Shown: in pieces, positions 6,222-15,187 of the stretch
Layout of the letters: every line of letters starts with the position of its first letter
How positions within the stretch are numbered: position 1 is the first letter of the stretch
Assembly (NCBI GenBank): GCA_963625145.1
Contig: CAVFSQ010000002.1
Span: 1-26,874, forward strand
Direction of reading: 5' to 3'
Length of the DNA stretch: 26,874 bases
From: Bacteroidaceae bacterium
GTDB taxonomy: Bacteria > Bacteroidota > Bacteroidia > Bacteroidales > Bacteroidaceae
Made by a program: the position numbers and the translations under genes
Notes under the pieces: model-generated
What the model was told of the DNA's origin: nothing
Databases searched by the model: none
What the model saw: the letters and a program-made list of their open reading frames with translations, nothing else

Positions 6222-8243
6222 ATGAACTTGGTAAAGTCTCTTTTTCTGGCAGCAGGAGCTTTGCTGTGCACGGCAACGGCCGGTGCGCAGGGCAAGCAGC
6301 TGTTTGGCAGCGTTTCCTATTACACTCCGGGAAACCAGCAGGTGAAACATTCGCAGTTCGACGTGCGTTCGGGCAAGTATTCCACCGGGGCTTCGGCTCC
6401 TTTCAAGGTGGAAAGCCAGGTCGCAGCCAACGGCGATGAGGAATTGATAACCGTTAAGGTTACCGCCACCGAAACCGCGTATTTCCGCGTAGAATACGTC
6501 TATCCGTTTGAAGGCACCGCCGACGGTTGCCTGTACTATATGCCGGGTTTCTGGTACCACAAGAACATGCGCTCGCCCAAGGAGGCTCCTTCGTTCAAGA
6601 CTTCCAAGAGCTGGACTGTGCGTGAAGACCGTCTGAGTACTCCGCTCACGGGTATTTTCAACACGCAGAACGGCAACAGCATCGTGGTGCTTCGCCACAA
6701 TCCTGCGGAGGGAACCGATTGCCTCACCCAGAACCTTTCGGGCGACCAGGTGCTTTCGGGTAAGTCGACTGTGGGCTACACCGGCTTCGTAAACGAGGGG
6801 CAGGACGTTCCTTCGCTTTCGTTCGGTTACCCTTACATGGAAACGCCGAAGCGCTACATACGCAAACTTACGCTGATATCGCCGATCTGGACTTTTGCAA
6901 AACTCAACAAAGGCGAGAGCGAAACTGTAAGTTGGAGCGTGCGCCGCGCCAAATACGGCGATTATTCCGATTTCGTGGCAGGCACTTGGCAATATTCCTA
7001 CGACAGCGAGAAACCTGCGCCTGTGGCACAGCGCTACAGCGATGAAAAGGCCAAGGAGATCATGACCAACTATTTCAAGGAAAGCTATGTAGACAAATTC
7101 CCTTTGAAATATCTTTCATCCGGCGGCATGGTTGTTGCAACCTGTGAGTCACCAGCGTGGGCCGAAGTGGGATTTATCGGGCGCACAGTGCTCAACGCGT
7201 TTAATTCGCTTGAATTCGGCGAGAAAAACAACCGCTCCGACCTTGTCAAAATAGGCAACAACATCATCGATTCCTATCTTGAACACGGCTTTACGCCAAC
7301 GGGTTATTTCCGCGAACAACTCGATCTCAGCAGCAACAACGAACCCGACGTTTTCAGCATACGCCGCCAGAGCGAAGGCGCAATGGCAATTTTCTATTAT
7401 CTGCAATACGAAAAGCAACAGGGACGCAAGCATGCCGATTGGGAAACGCGCATGAAGACTTTGCTCAACAATTTCGTGAAGATGCAGAAGGCCGACGGCT
7501 CATTTGCCCGCAAGTTCAACGCCAAGTCGGAAGACGTTGACGCTTCGGCCGGAAGCACGCCTTGTGCAACGCTTGCCCTTGCCATGGGTTACAAGTATTT
7601 CAAGAACAAGGCTTATCTTGAGGCTGCCCGCAAGACTATCGACTATCTTGAGAAAAACATAATCTCCACATCCGACTATTTCTCGTCTACCCTTGATGCC
7701 AACTGCGAAGACAAGGAAGCGTCGTTCTACGCCTGCGATGCGCTCTACTACATCTCGTTCATAACAAAAGGCAAGGAACGCGCCCGTTACATTGACCTTT
7801 GCAAGAAAGCAGCTTATTTCAGCGTGTCGTGGTATTACACCTGGGACCTTCCGTTTGCCGAGGGGCAGATGCTGCACGACCTAGGATTCAAGTCGCGCGG
7901 ATGGGGCAACGTTTCGGTCGAGAACAACCATATCGACGTCTACATATTCGAGTTTGCCACAATTCTTAAATGGCTAAGCCAAAATACCGACGAGCAGCGC
8001 TTCGGCAAAATGGCCGACGTAATACATACCTCGATGCTTCAGCTTATGCCCGTTGAAGGCAACCTTTGCGGCGTGGGCAAGCCCGGATACTATCCCGAAG
8101 TGGTGCAGCACACCACATGGGATTACGGACGCAACGGCAAGGGTTTCTACAACGACATCTTTGCTCCGGGGTGGACTGTGGCTTCTTTGTGGACTTTGCT
8201 TAGCGAAGACCGCGTAAGCGCATTCTTCAATTCGAAAAAATAA
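6222..8243 (+). CDS. Uncharacterised secreted protein, probable glycoside hydrolase-like (beta-rich N-terminus, helical six-hairpin-like C-terminus)
   Basis: 673 aa ORF with Sec signal peptide (...TATAGA|QGK). The C-terminal half has repeated helical-hairpin patterns (QKADGSF, AYLEAARKTIDYL, STLDANCEDKEA, GWGNVSVENNHID). Function inferred. Confidence 0.65.
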   Translation: MNLVKSLFLAAGALLCTATAGAQGKQLFGSVSYYTPGNQQVKHSQFDVRSGKYSTGASAPFKVESQVAANGDEELITVKVTATETAYFRVEYVYPFEGTADGCLYYMPGFWYHKNMRSPKEAPSFKTSKSWTVREDRLSTPLTGIFNTQNGNSIVVLRHNPAEGTDCLTQNLSGDQVLSGKSTVGYTGFVNEGQDVPSLSFGYPYMETPKRYIRKLTLISPIWTFAKLNKGESETVSWSVRRAKYGDYSDFVAGTWQYSYDSEKPAPVAQRYSDEKAKEIMTNYFKESYVDKFPLKYLSSGGMVVATCESPAWAEVGFIGRTVLNAFNSLEFGEKNNRSDLVKIGNNIIDSYLEHGFTPTGYFREQLDLSSNNEPDVFSIRRQSEGAMAIFYYLQYEKQQGRKHADWETRMKTLLNNFVKMQKADGSFARKFNAKSEDVDASAGSTPCATLALAMGYKYFKNKAYLEAARKTIDYLEKNIISTSDYFSSTLDANCEDKEASFYACDALYYISFITKGKERARYIDLCKKAAYFSVSWYYTWDLPFAEGQMLHDLGFKSRGWGNVSVENNHIDVYIFEFATILKWLSQNTDEQRFGKMADVIHTSMLQLMPVEGNLCGVGKPGYYPEVVQHTTWDYGRNGKGFYNDIFAPGWTVASLWTLLSEDRVSAFFNSKK

Positions 8244-8256
8244 CAACGGCGGCATA

Positions 8257-9063
8257 GTGGCTACAACCGGTAACACGACGCAGCGGCTCTATATACGCGT
8301 GAGTCGGCGAAACCTGAGCTTTACGGTATACCAACCGTTTGGCGGCATGCCGCCTGTGGTTGAAAACTATGAGGTCAACCCCACGGCGTCGCTTAATGTC
8401 AACCTCAAGGAAGCGCTTGCCCAGTTACCTCTGGCGCAGGAAAAATACCAGCGGGCCGAAGTGATGCTCAATGTGCCATTCACCCTGAAACCGGTTGAAC
8501 TTTTCAGAGAGGAAGACGCCGTGGCTATCTACCGCAAATGCTTTGCCGATGTGGAGTACGACCGTGTGTTTTACGATGTGGCAGGAAGCCTCGGGGCTGT
8601 GCTGGTATACGGTATGAGCGAAATGTTCTGCCGCGTTATCGACGAAACCTACCCGTCGGTGCGCTATCTGTCGTCGACTACCGCCATGGCTAACCGTTTT
8701 GCCGACAAGGCGCGCGGCTCTGACCGCAATCAGGTCTTTGCATACAGTCACGAAGATATGCTCGACATGTTTGTGTTCAGTTCGGGGCGTCTGCAACTTG
8801 GCAACCGCTATGAAATACATGGTGTTGACGATGCCGTGTATTTTGTGATGCTGGCAGTGCAGATACTTGGGCTTGACGTGCACCGTGATGAGTTCCATGT
8901 GTTGGAGTACGGCAACAGCGAGGCTGGACTTGCCGAAAAACTTAAAAACTTCCTTGCGGATGTGCGTCCCGGTGACGCTCTGACCGAATTCGGCAACAGC
9001 CCGGTGAGCAATTCCCCCCGCCTGCCTTACGACATGATGGCCTTTCTGCTGCAGCCGTTCTGA
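8257..9063 (+). CDS. DUF3822 family protein
   Basis: 268 aa; RLYIRVSRRNLSFTV, TLKPVELFREE, LQLGNRYE..DDAVYF patterns; typical Bacteroidetes position next to rsmD. GTG start uncertain. Confidence 0.75.
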   Translation: MATTGNTTQRLYIRVSRRNLSFTVYQPFGGMPPVVENYEVNPTASLNVNLKEALAQLPLAQEKYQRAEVMLNVPFTLKPVELFREEDAVAIYRKCFADVEYDRVFYDVAGSLGAVLVYGMSEMFCRVIDETYPSVRYLSSTTAMANRFADKARGSDRNQVFAYSHEDMLDMFVFSSGRLQLGNRYEIHGVDDAVYFVMLAVQILGLDVHRDEFHVLEYGNSEAGLAEKLKNFLADVRPGDALTEFGNSPVSNSPRLPYDMMAFLLQPF

Positions 9064-9075
9064 AAACTTTTCGCC

Positions 9076-9648
9076 GTGAGAATTATAACAGGAATATACA
9101 AAGGCCGGCATTTCGAAATACCGCGCACATTCAAAGCAAGGCCTACAACCGACTTTGCCAAGGAGAACCTCTTTAACGTGCTTCGCGGATATATCGAAAT
9201 CGAAGGCGCTGATGTGCTCGACCTTTTTGCCGGTACCGGAAGTATTACAACCGAGTTCCTTTCGCGCGGATGCGCCAGCGTCACTTCGCTAGAACTCGAC
9301 CGTGAACACTATGCCTTTATTGCAGCCGTGGTTAAGAAACTCGGCGCACGCAATTGCCGCCTGTTGCGCGGCGATGCATTGAGATTCGTGAAGCGGGCAT
9401 CGGAGAAATACGACATTGTGTTTGCCGACCCTCCCTATAAACTCAAGGAACTTGCCGATATCCCGCAGATGGTTTCCGAAGCCGGACTGTTGAAACCCGG
9501 CGGCATCTTTGTGCTTGAGCACGGCAAGACAAACGATTTCTCGCAGCATCCGTGGTTTTTCGACCACCGCTCATACGGAAGCGTGAACTTTTCGTTCTTC
9601 TCTCCGCAGCGTGCCGATACCGACGCCGCTGCCGCTGCCGAGCATTGA
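9076..9648 (+). CDS. rsmD: 16S rRNA (guanine966-N2)-methyltransferase RsmD
   Basis: MRIITGIYKGR, RPTTDFAKENLFN, LDLFAGTGS (SAM binding), FADPPY, RSYGSV. Confidence 0.93.
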   Translation: MRIITGIYKGRHFEIPRTFKARPTTDFAKENLFNVLRGYIEIEGADVLDLFAGTGSITTEFLSRGCASVTSLELDREHYAFIAAVVKKLGARNCRLLRGDALRFVKRASEKYDIVFADPPYKLKELADIPQMVSEAGLLKPGGIFVLEHGKTNDFSQHPWFFDHRSYGSVNFSFFSPQRADTDAAAAAEH

Positions 9649-9675
9649 CATCAATCTTTTCAAATCCATTATTGT

Positions 9676-12600
9676 ATGCAGGACTTCGTACATCTGCACG
9701 TACACACGCAGTATTCTCTGCTCGACGGACAATCGAAAATCCCAAATATAGTCGACAAGGCCATTGCCGACGGCATGCGAGGCATGGCAATCACCGACCA
9801 CGGTAACATGATGGGCGTAAAGGAACTCGCCGATTATGTGGGGGGACTGAAAGGCAAGGCAAAGAAGAAACTTGCCGAACTTGAGGCAAAGCTGAAGGAT
9901 GCCGATGCCCAGGACGCTGAACAGTTGGCCGAAGACATTGAGAAGCAGAAGCGGATTCTTCGCTTTATGCCGATATTCGGGTGCGAGATGTATGTTGCCC
10001 ACCGGCGCAAGGAAGACAAGTCGAAGGACAAGGGCGATGCTTCGGGATACCACCTTATAGTGCTGGCAAAGAACCTGCACGGGTACAAGAACCTTATAAA
10101 ACTTGTTTCGCGCTCGTGGGTTGACGGTCTTTACTACAAGCCGCGTACCGACCGTGCCGACCTTGAAAAATACCATGAGGATCTTATCGTTTCGTCGGCA
10201 TGCATTGCCGGCGAAGTGCCCCACAAAATACTGCATGGCGATATTGCCGGCGCACGCGAGGCTATAGAGTGGTATAAGCGCGTGTTTGGCGATGACTATT
10301 ATCTCGAACTGCAGCGCCACGAGGTGAAAGACCCGAATGTCGTTGCCAACCGCGAAACGTTTCCCCTGCAGCAGCAGGCAAACTCCGAAATTATAAAGCT
10401 CGCCGGCGAATACGGCATAAAGCTGATATGCACAAACGACTGCCATTTTGAAAACCAGGAAACGGCCGAGGCCCACGACCATTTGCTTTGCCTTGCTACG
10501 GGAAAGGACCTCGACGACCCCAATCGCATGCGCTACTCCAAGCAGGAATGGTTCAAGACGCGTCAGGAAATGAACGAAGTGTTTGCCGATGTGCCCGAAG
10601 CGCTTTCCAATACTTGCGAGATTTGCGACAAGATAAGCGAATACAGCATCGACAACGGCCCTATAATGCCGTTCTTCCCCATTCCCGAAGATTTCGGCAC
10701 CGAGCAGCAATGGCGCGAACGCATAACCGAAGAGCAGCTTTATGCCGAATTTACAAGCGACGAGCACGGCCAGAACCCTTTGCCGAAAGACCAGGCCGAC
10801 AAGGTGATTGAGCGCCTCGGGGGCTTTGACAAGATTTACCGCATCAAGTTCGAGGCCGACTATCTGGCTAAACTTGCCTACGACGGCGCGCGACGGCTTT
10901 ACGGCGATCCTGTGCCCGAAGACGTTGCCGAGCACATAAACTTCGAACTTCATGTGATGAAGACCATGGGTTTCCCCGGCTACTTCCTCATTGTGCAGGA
11001 CTTTATCAACGCTGCGCGCAACGAACTCGGCGTAGTGGTGGGGCCTGGGCGTGGCTCGGCCGCCGGCTCGGTCGTGGCCTACTGCCTTGGAATAACCAAA
11101 ATCGATCCGCTCAAGTATGATTTGCTTTTCGAACGTTTCCTTAACCCCGACCGCGTCAACCTTCCTGATATCGATACCGATTTCGACGATGACGGACGCG
11201 GAAAGGTGCTGAAGTGGGTGATGGACAAATACGGCCACGAAAATTGTGCCCATATCATTACCTACGCCACCATGGCGATGAAGAATTCGCTCAAGGACGT
11301 GGCGCGCGTCGAGAAACTGCCGCTGCAGCAGGCCAATGCTCTGTGCAAGGCTATCCCCGACAAGTTTCCCGACAAGATGAAGCTGAATCTTACCAACGCT
11401 ATAAAGATAACTCCAGAGCTTCAGCGGGCCGAGATTTCAAGCGACCCAAAGGAAAGCAACACTATAAAGTATGCCCGAATGCTCGAAGGCACCATACGCG
11501 GCACCGGCCTGCACGCCTGTGGCTTCATCATCTGCCGCTCGCCAATCAGCGACTGGGTGCCCGTTTGCACTGCCGATGACCCCGATTTCCCCGGGGTAAA
11601 GACTGCTGTGACGCAGTACGACGGGCATGTAATTGAATCTACCGGATTGATAAAAATGGACTTCCTTGGGCTCAAGACGCTTTCGGAGCTTAAGGAAGCC
11701 TGTCGTGTGGTGAAGCAGACCACGGGTGACGTGGTGGACCTCGACACAATACCTATTGACGACGCCAAAACCTACGAACTCTACCAGCAAGGCAATACGA
11801 TAGGCACTTTCCAGTTCGAGTCGAACGGCATGCAGAAATACTTGCGTGAACTGCATCCCACCGTGTTCGAGGATCTTATCGCAATGAATGCGCTCTACCG
11901 TCCCGGCCCTATGGACAAGATTCCCGAGTTCATACGCCGCAAAAAGGACCCTTCGCTCATTACCTACGACATCCCCTGCATGGAGAAATACCTCAAGGAT
12001 ACCTACGGCATTACGGTATACCAGGAGCAGGTGATGCTTCTGTCGCGTTTGTTGGCCAACTTCACGCGCGGCGAGAGCGATGCACTGCGCAAGGCCATGG
12101 GAAAGAAGAAGAAGGCCATAGTAGACGCCATGAAGCCCAAGTTCCTGAAACAGGGATGCGAAAACGGCCACGATGAAAAGGTGCTCGAGAAAATATGGGG
12201 CGAATGGGAGAAATTTGCCGAGTATGCCTTCAACAAGTCGCACGCCACATGCTATTCGTGGGTAGCTTATCAGACTGCCTACATGAAAGCCCATTATCCG
12301 TCGGAATATATGGCGGCACTCATGACGCGTCGCTTCAGCGACATCACCGAAATCACAAAACTCATGGAGGAATGCCAGAGAATGCGCATTTCAACACTCG
12401 GCCCCGATGTCAACGAAAGCTATATGGAATTCGGTGTGAACGCCAAAGGCGAAATACGCTTCGGACTATCGGCCGTGAAAGGCATGGGCGGTGCGGCGGC
12501 GAAGACCATCGTCGACGAGCGCCGCGAACACGGCCCGTACAAGGATATCTACGATTTCATGGAGCGCGTGAACCTTTCATCGCTCAACCGCAAGTTCATG

Positions 12601-13476
12601 GAATGTCTTGCGCTGAGCGGAGCCTTCGACTGCTTCGGCATTGAGCGCGAGGCATATTTCGCACCGTATTCCGACCGCGAGAACTTCCTTGAGGCTCTGA
12701 TGAAATACGGCGCAAACTTCCAGCAGGAAAAAAACGAAGCCCAAAATTCGCTGTTCGACGATATTGGCGGCATGGAAATTCCTCACCCTGCCGTGCCGGC
12801 AAAATATGAGAAATGGAGCAATATAGAGCGTCTCGACCAGGAGCGCTCGCTGGTGGGCGTATATCTGTCGGGCCATCCGCTCGATCCATATGCCGTGATT
12901 ATGGAGCTGCTTTGCAATACCAATTGTTCCCAGCTAGGCGACCTAGAAAAACTCAGGGGTAAGCAAATCGTGCTCGGCGGAATGGTTACGGCCGTGCGCA
13001 CGGGGCTTACCAAGAAAGGCTCTCCCTACGGAATAGTGCATTTCGAGGATTTCGACGGTGACGGCGAGATTCCTTTCTTCGGTTCCAGTTGGCCGCAGTG
13101 GCAAAACTTCCTGCAGCTGGGCTATGCCGTGCTGCTGCATGCCACGGTTGAACCCAGAAGGTTCGTGCAGAATTCCTACGACCTTAGGGTGAACAAAGTT
13201 GAATTCCTTTCCGATGTAAAGACCAAAGGCATTGCCGAACTGGAAATCCACGTGAACGTAAACATGCTCAATGCAATGGAAATCGGCGAGCTTTGTGCGC
13301 TGGTTGAAGGCAATCCCGGCAATACCAGCGTGGTGGTTTCGTTCAGCGATAGCGACAAGTACCGCAACATTATGGTACGGTCGAGGAAAAGGAAAGTGAA
13401 AATCGAACGGCCGCTTATAGAATTCATGAAGCACAGTCAGGCTTTCAACAGTTTCAAACTCGTGCCGAAGGAATAG
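9676..13476 (+). CDS. dnaE: DNA polymerase III alpha subunit
   Basis: HLHVHTQYSLLDG PHP domain, GPGRGSAAGS, FERFLNPDR..PDIDTDF, KMDFLGLKTL, YAFNKSH and a C-terminal OB fold. Confidence 0.98.
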   Translation: MQDFVHLHVHTQYSLLDGQSKIPNIVDKAIADGMRGMAITDHGNMMGVKELADYVGGLKGKAKKKLAELEAKLKDADAQDAEQLAEDIEKQKRILRFMPIFGCEMYVAHRRKEDKSKDKGDASGYHLIVLAKNLHGYKNLIKLVSRSWVDGLYYKPRTDRADLEKYHEDLIVSSACIAGEVPHKILHGDIAGAREAIEWYKRVFGDDYYLELQRHEVKDPNVVANRETFPLQQQANSEIIKLAGEYGIKLICTNDCHFENQETAEAHDHLLCLATGKDLDDPNRMRYSKQEWFKTRQEMNEVFADVPEALSNTCEICDKISEYSIDNGPIMPFFPIPEDFGTEQQWRERITEEQLYAEFTSDEHGQNPLPKDQADKVIERLGGFDKIYRIKFEADYLAKLAYDGARRLYGDPVPEDVAEHINFELHVMKTMGFPGYFLIVQDFINAARNELGVVVGPGRGSAAGSVVAYCLGITKIDPLKYDLLFERFLNPDRVNLPDIDTDFDDDGRGKVLKWVMDKYGHENCAHIITYATMAMKNSLKDVARVEKLPLQQANALCKAIPDKFPDKMKLNLTNAIKITPELQRAEISSDPKESNTIKYARMLEGTIRGTGLHACGFIICRSPISDWVPVCTADDPDFPGVKTAVTQYDGHVIESTGLIKMDFLGLKTLSELKEACRVVKQTTGDVVDLDTIPIDDAKTYELYQQGNTIGTFQFESNGMQKYLRELHPTVFEDLIAMNALYRPGPMDKIPEFIRRKKDPSLITYDIPCMEKYLKDTYGITVYQEQVMLLSRLLANFTRGESDALRKAMGKKKKAIVDAMKPKFLKQGCENGHDEKVLEKIWGEWEKFAEYAFNKSHATCYSWVAYQTAYMKAHYPSEYMAALMTRRFSDITEITKLMEECQRMRISTLGPDVNESYMEFGVNAKGEIRFGLSAVKGMGGAAAKTIVDERREHGPYKDIYDFMERVNLSSLNRKFMECLALSGAFDCFGIEREAYFAPYSDRENFLEALMKYGANFQQEKNEAQNSLFDDIGGMEIPHPAVPAKYEKWSNIERLDQERSLVGVYLSGHPLDPYAVIMELLCNTNCSQLGDLEKLRGKQIVLGGMVTAVRTGLTKKGSPYGIVHFEDFDGDGEIPFFGSSWPQWQNFLQLGYAVLLHATVEPRRFVQNSYDLRVNKVEFLSDVKTKGIAELEIHVNVNMLNAMEIGELCALVEGNPGNTSVVVSFSDSDKYRNIMVRSRKRKVKIERPLIEFMKHSQAFNSFKLVPKE

Positions 13477-13521
13477 GGCGCACCGTGGCATGTGAATGCA
13501 AACTTTCAGGGCGTTCGGTCT

Positions 13522-13631
13522 GCACTACAATTAATTTCCGCTATGCGTATACAATTTTTCTGTTATGCGCATAGCGGAAAAATTGTATGCGCAAAGAGTT
13601 TTTCTGCGATGCGCAAAGCGCGAAAAAAGGT
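13522..13631. repeat. Second array of the same 22-bp repeat family, with one inverted unit forming a strong hairpin between convergent dnaE and rodA
   Basis: tgcgtatacaatttttctgtta | tgcgcatagcggaaaaattgta (reverse orientation) | tgcgcaaagagtttttctgcga | tgcgcaaagcgcgaaaaaaggt. TTTCCGCTATGCG (13535-13547) pairs perfectly with CGCATAGCGGAAA (13568-13580). Confidence 0.8.
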
Positions 13632-13726
13632 GCTTTGGTTTTCGAAAAACAATAGACTTTTTCAAGGGAAAATATTAGGATACTTCCTGCAAAGTTTTGT
13701 CCCTGCATATAGGCCTTTCGGGGACT

Positions 13727-15187
13727 TTATGCCTTGCGGGCGGCGTCTATGCGCAGGAATATGAACAGCAGCAAGGTGAATCCCCACAGCGACGAGCCAC
13801 CGTAACTGAAAAACGGAAGCGGAATGCCTATGACTGGAGTAAGCCCTATCACCATGCCTATGTTGATGAACACGTGGAAGAGCAGTATGCTGAGCACGCA
13901 ATAGCCGAATATCCGGCCGAAGGCGTATGTCTGCCTTTCGGCAAGCGTTATGAGGCGGAATATAAGCGTCAGATAGAGAAGGAGCACTATTGTGGCACCA
14001 ATGAATCCGGTTTCTTCGCCTATGTTGCAGAATATGAAATCGGTATCTTGCTCAGGTACGTATTTCAACTTGGTTTGCGTGCCGTTGAGGAATCCCTTCC
14101 CGGTAAGTCCACCCGAGCCGATGGCTATCTTGCTTTGGTTTACATTGTAGCCGGCGCCGCTCAAGTCCTGCTCCTTGCCCAGCAATACCTTGATTCGCTG
14201 TTGCTGGTGGGGCTCAAGCACATCGTTCATGACGTAGTCGGTGGAAAAGAAGAATGCCGTGGATATTGCCGCAAACAGGGCTATGTAGAAATACTTCAGC
14301 CGTTTGAACTTTATGGCCTGCATAGTAAGGTATAGCACCACTGCTGCTATTACGGCAACGAAAGCCCACGACACGTCGAACGGGAGAATGAAGCGCGAGA
14401 AGAGGTATGCCAAAATCATTGTGCCTCCGCCGTAGCCGGTTATGCGCTTGAAATGTGTGCGGCGGTCGGACGAAGCGAAGGTCAGTGCAGAAGTGAATGC
14501 CCATATTAGTACCAGTACCGCGAATGCACCGGTTGACGTGTGGGTGCCCCACATTGGCACGTCGGAGAATTTCTGGCCTACTACAAAGTATATTATTGCG
14601 GCAAGACCGGCAAAGAGGAAACTTCCGTTCATGCCTTCGCGGTAGAGCATGAGGAAGAAGGCCGTGTAGACTAGTGCTGAACCGGTTTCGCGCTGCATCA
14701 CTATAAGCGCCATGGGCAGCAGAATAAGTCCCAGCGTGATGAGGAACGTGCGCGTGCATCGTATGTCGTAGCCGTATTGCCCCATGTATTTTGCCAGTGC
14801 AAGTGCCGTGGCGCATTTTGCGAATTCGGCAGGCTGGATGCTCACGCTCCCTAGTTTTATCCACGAATACGAGCCTTTGATGTCGGTGGCCACAAACGGC
14901 GTGACGAGCAGCAGCAGCATGAATGCGGCGTAGACGGCATAGGCAAATGTGTCGAATATCTTGTCGTCGAGCAGGAGTATTATGAATCCCAGTATGAACG
15001 CGAAGCCTATCCACAGCAACTGCTTGCCAGAGCGGAGTTCGAGGTTCAGAAAATCGGGCTGCCCGTATTCGTAACTTGCACCGCAGACGCTGAACCAGCC
15101 GCATGCCACAAGTATGAGGAACAAGCCTATAGTGAACCAGTCAACGCGCCTGGCAACCGATACGGTTCTATCGTTCGTAGTTTCCAT
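13727..15187 (-). CDS. rodA: Rod shape-determining SEDS peptidoglycan glycosyltransferase RodA
   Basis: IQPAEFAK, GYNVNQSKIAIGSGG..GKG, VPEQDTDFIF, GIPLPFFSYGGSS; multi-TM protein downstream of mrdA. Confidence 0.96.
   Translation of the reverse strand: METTNDRTVSVARRVDWFTIGLFLILVACGWFSVCGASYEYGQPDFLNLELRSGKQLLWIGFAFILGFIILLLDDKIFDTFAYAVYAAFMLLLLVTPFVATDIKGSYSWIKLGSVSIQPAEFAKCATALALAKYMGQYGYDIRCTRTFLITLGLILLPMALIVMQRETGSALVYTAFFLMLYREGMNGSFLFAGLAAIIYFVVGQKFSDVPMWGTHTSTGAFAVLVLIWAFTSALTFASSDRRTHFKRITGYGGGTMILAYLFSRFILPFDVSWAFVAVIAAVVLYLTMQAIKFKRLKYFYIALFAAISTAFFFSTDYVMNDVLEPHQQQRIKVLLGKEQDLSGAGYNVNQSKIAIGSGGLTGKGFLNGTQTKLKYVPEQDTDFIFCNIGEETGFIGATIVLLLYLTLIFRLITLAERQTYAFGRIFGYCVLSILLFHVFINIGMVIGLTPVIGIPLPFFSYGGSSLWGFTLLLFIFLRIDAARKA

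Noticed and set aside
9600..9648. Ala-rich C-terminal tail of RsmD (ADTDAAAAAEH)
   Set aside because: Short low-complexity extension with no evidence of function.
9571..11253. 560-aa antisense ORF over dnaE, and similar long antisense ORFs over mrdA, GH106 and the 6222 gene
   Set aside because: Typical shadow ORFs caused by codon bias of the real gene; no protein motifs.
9676..13476. Possible intein in DnaE (1266 aa)
   Set aside because: No C...HN splice junctions or LAGLIDADG motifs; YAFNKSH is uninterrupted and the extra length comes from short inserts.
14280..14640. Extra transmembrane segments making RodA 486 aa
   Set aside because: Longer RodA proteins are, to my knowledge, usual in Bacteroidales; not distinctive.
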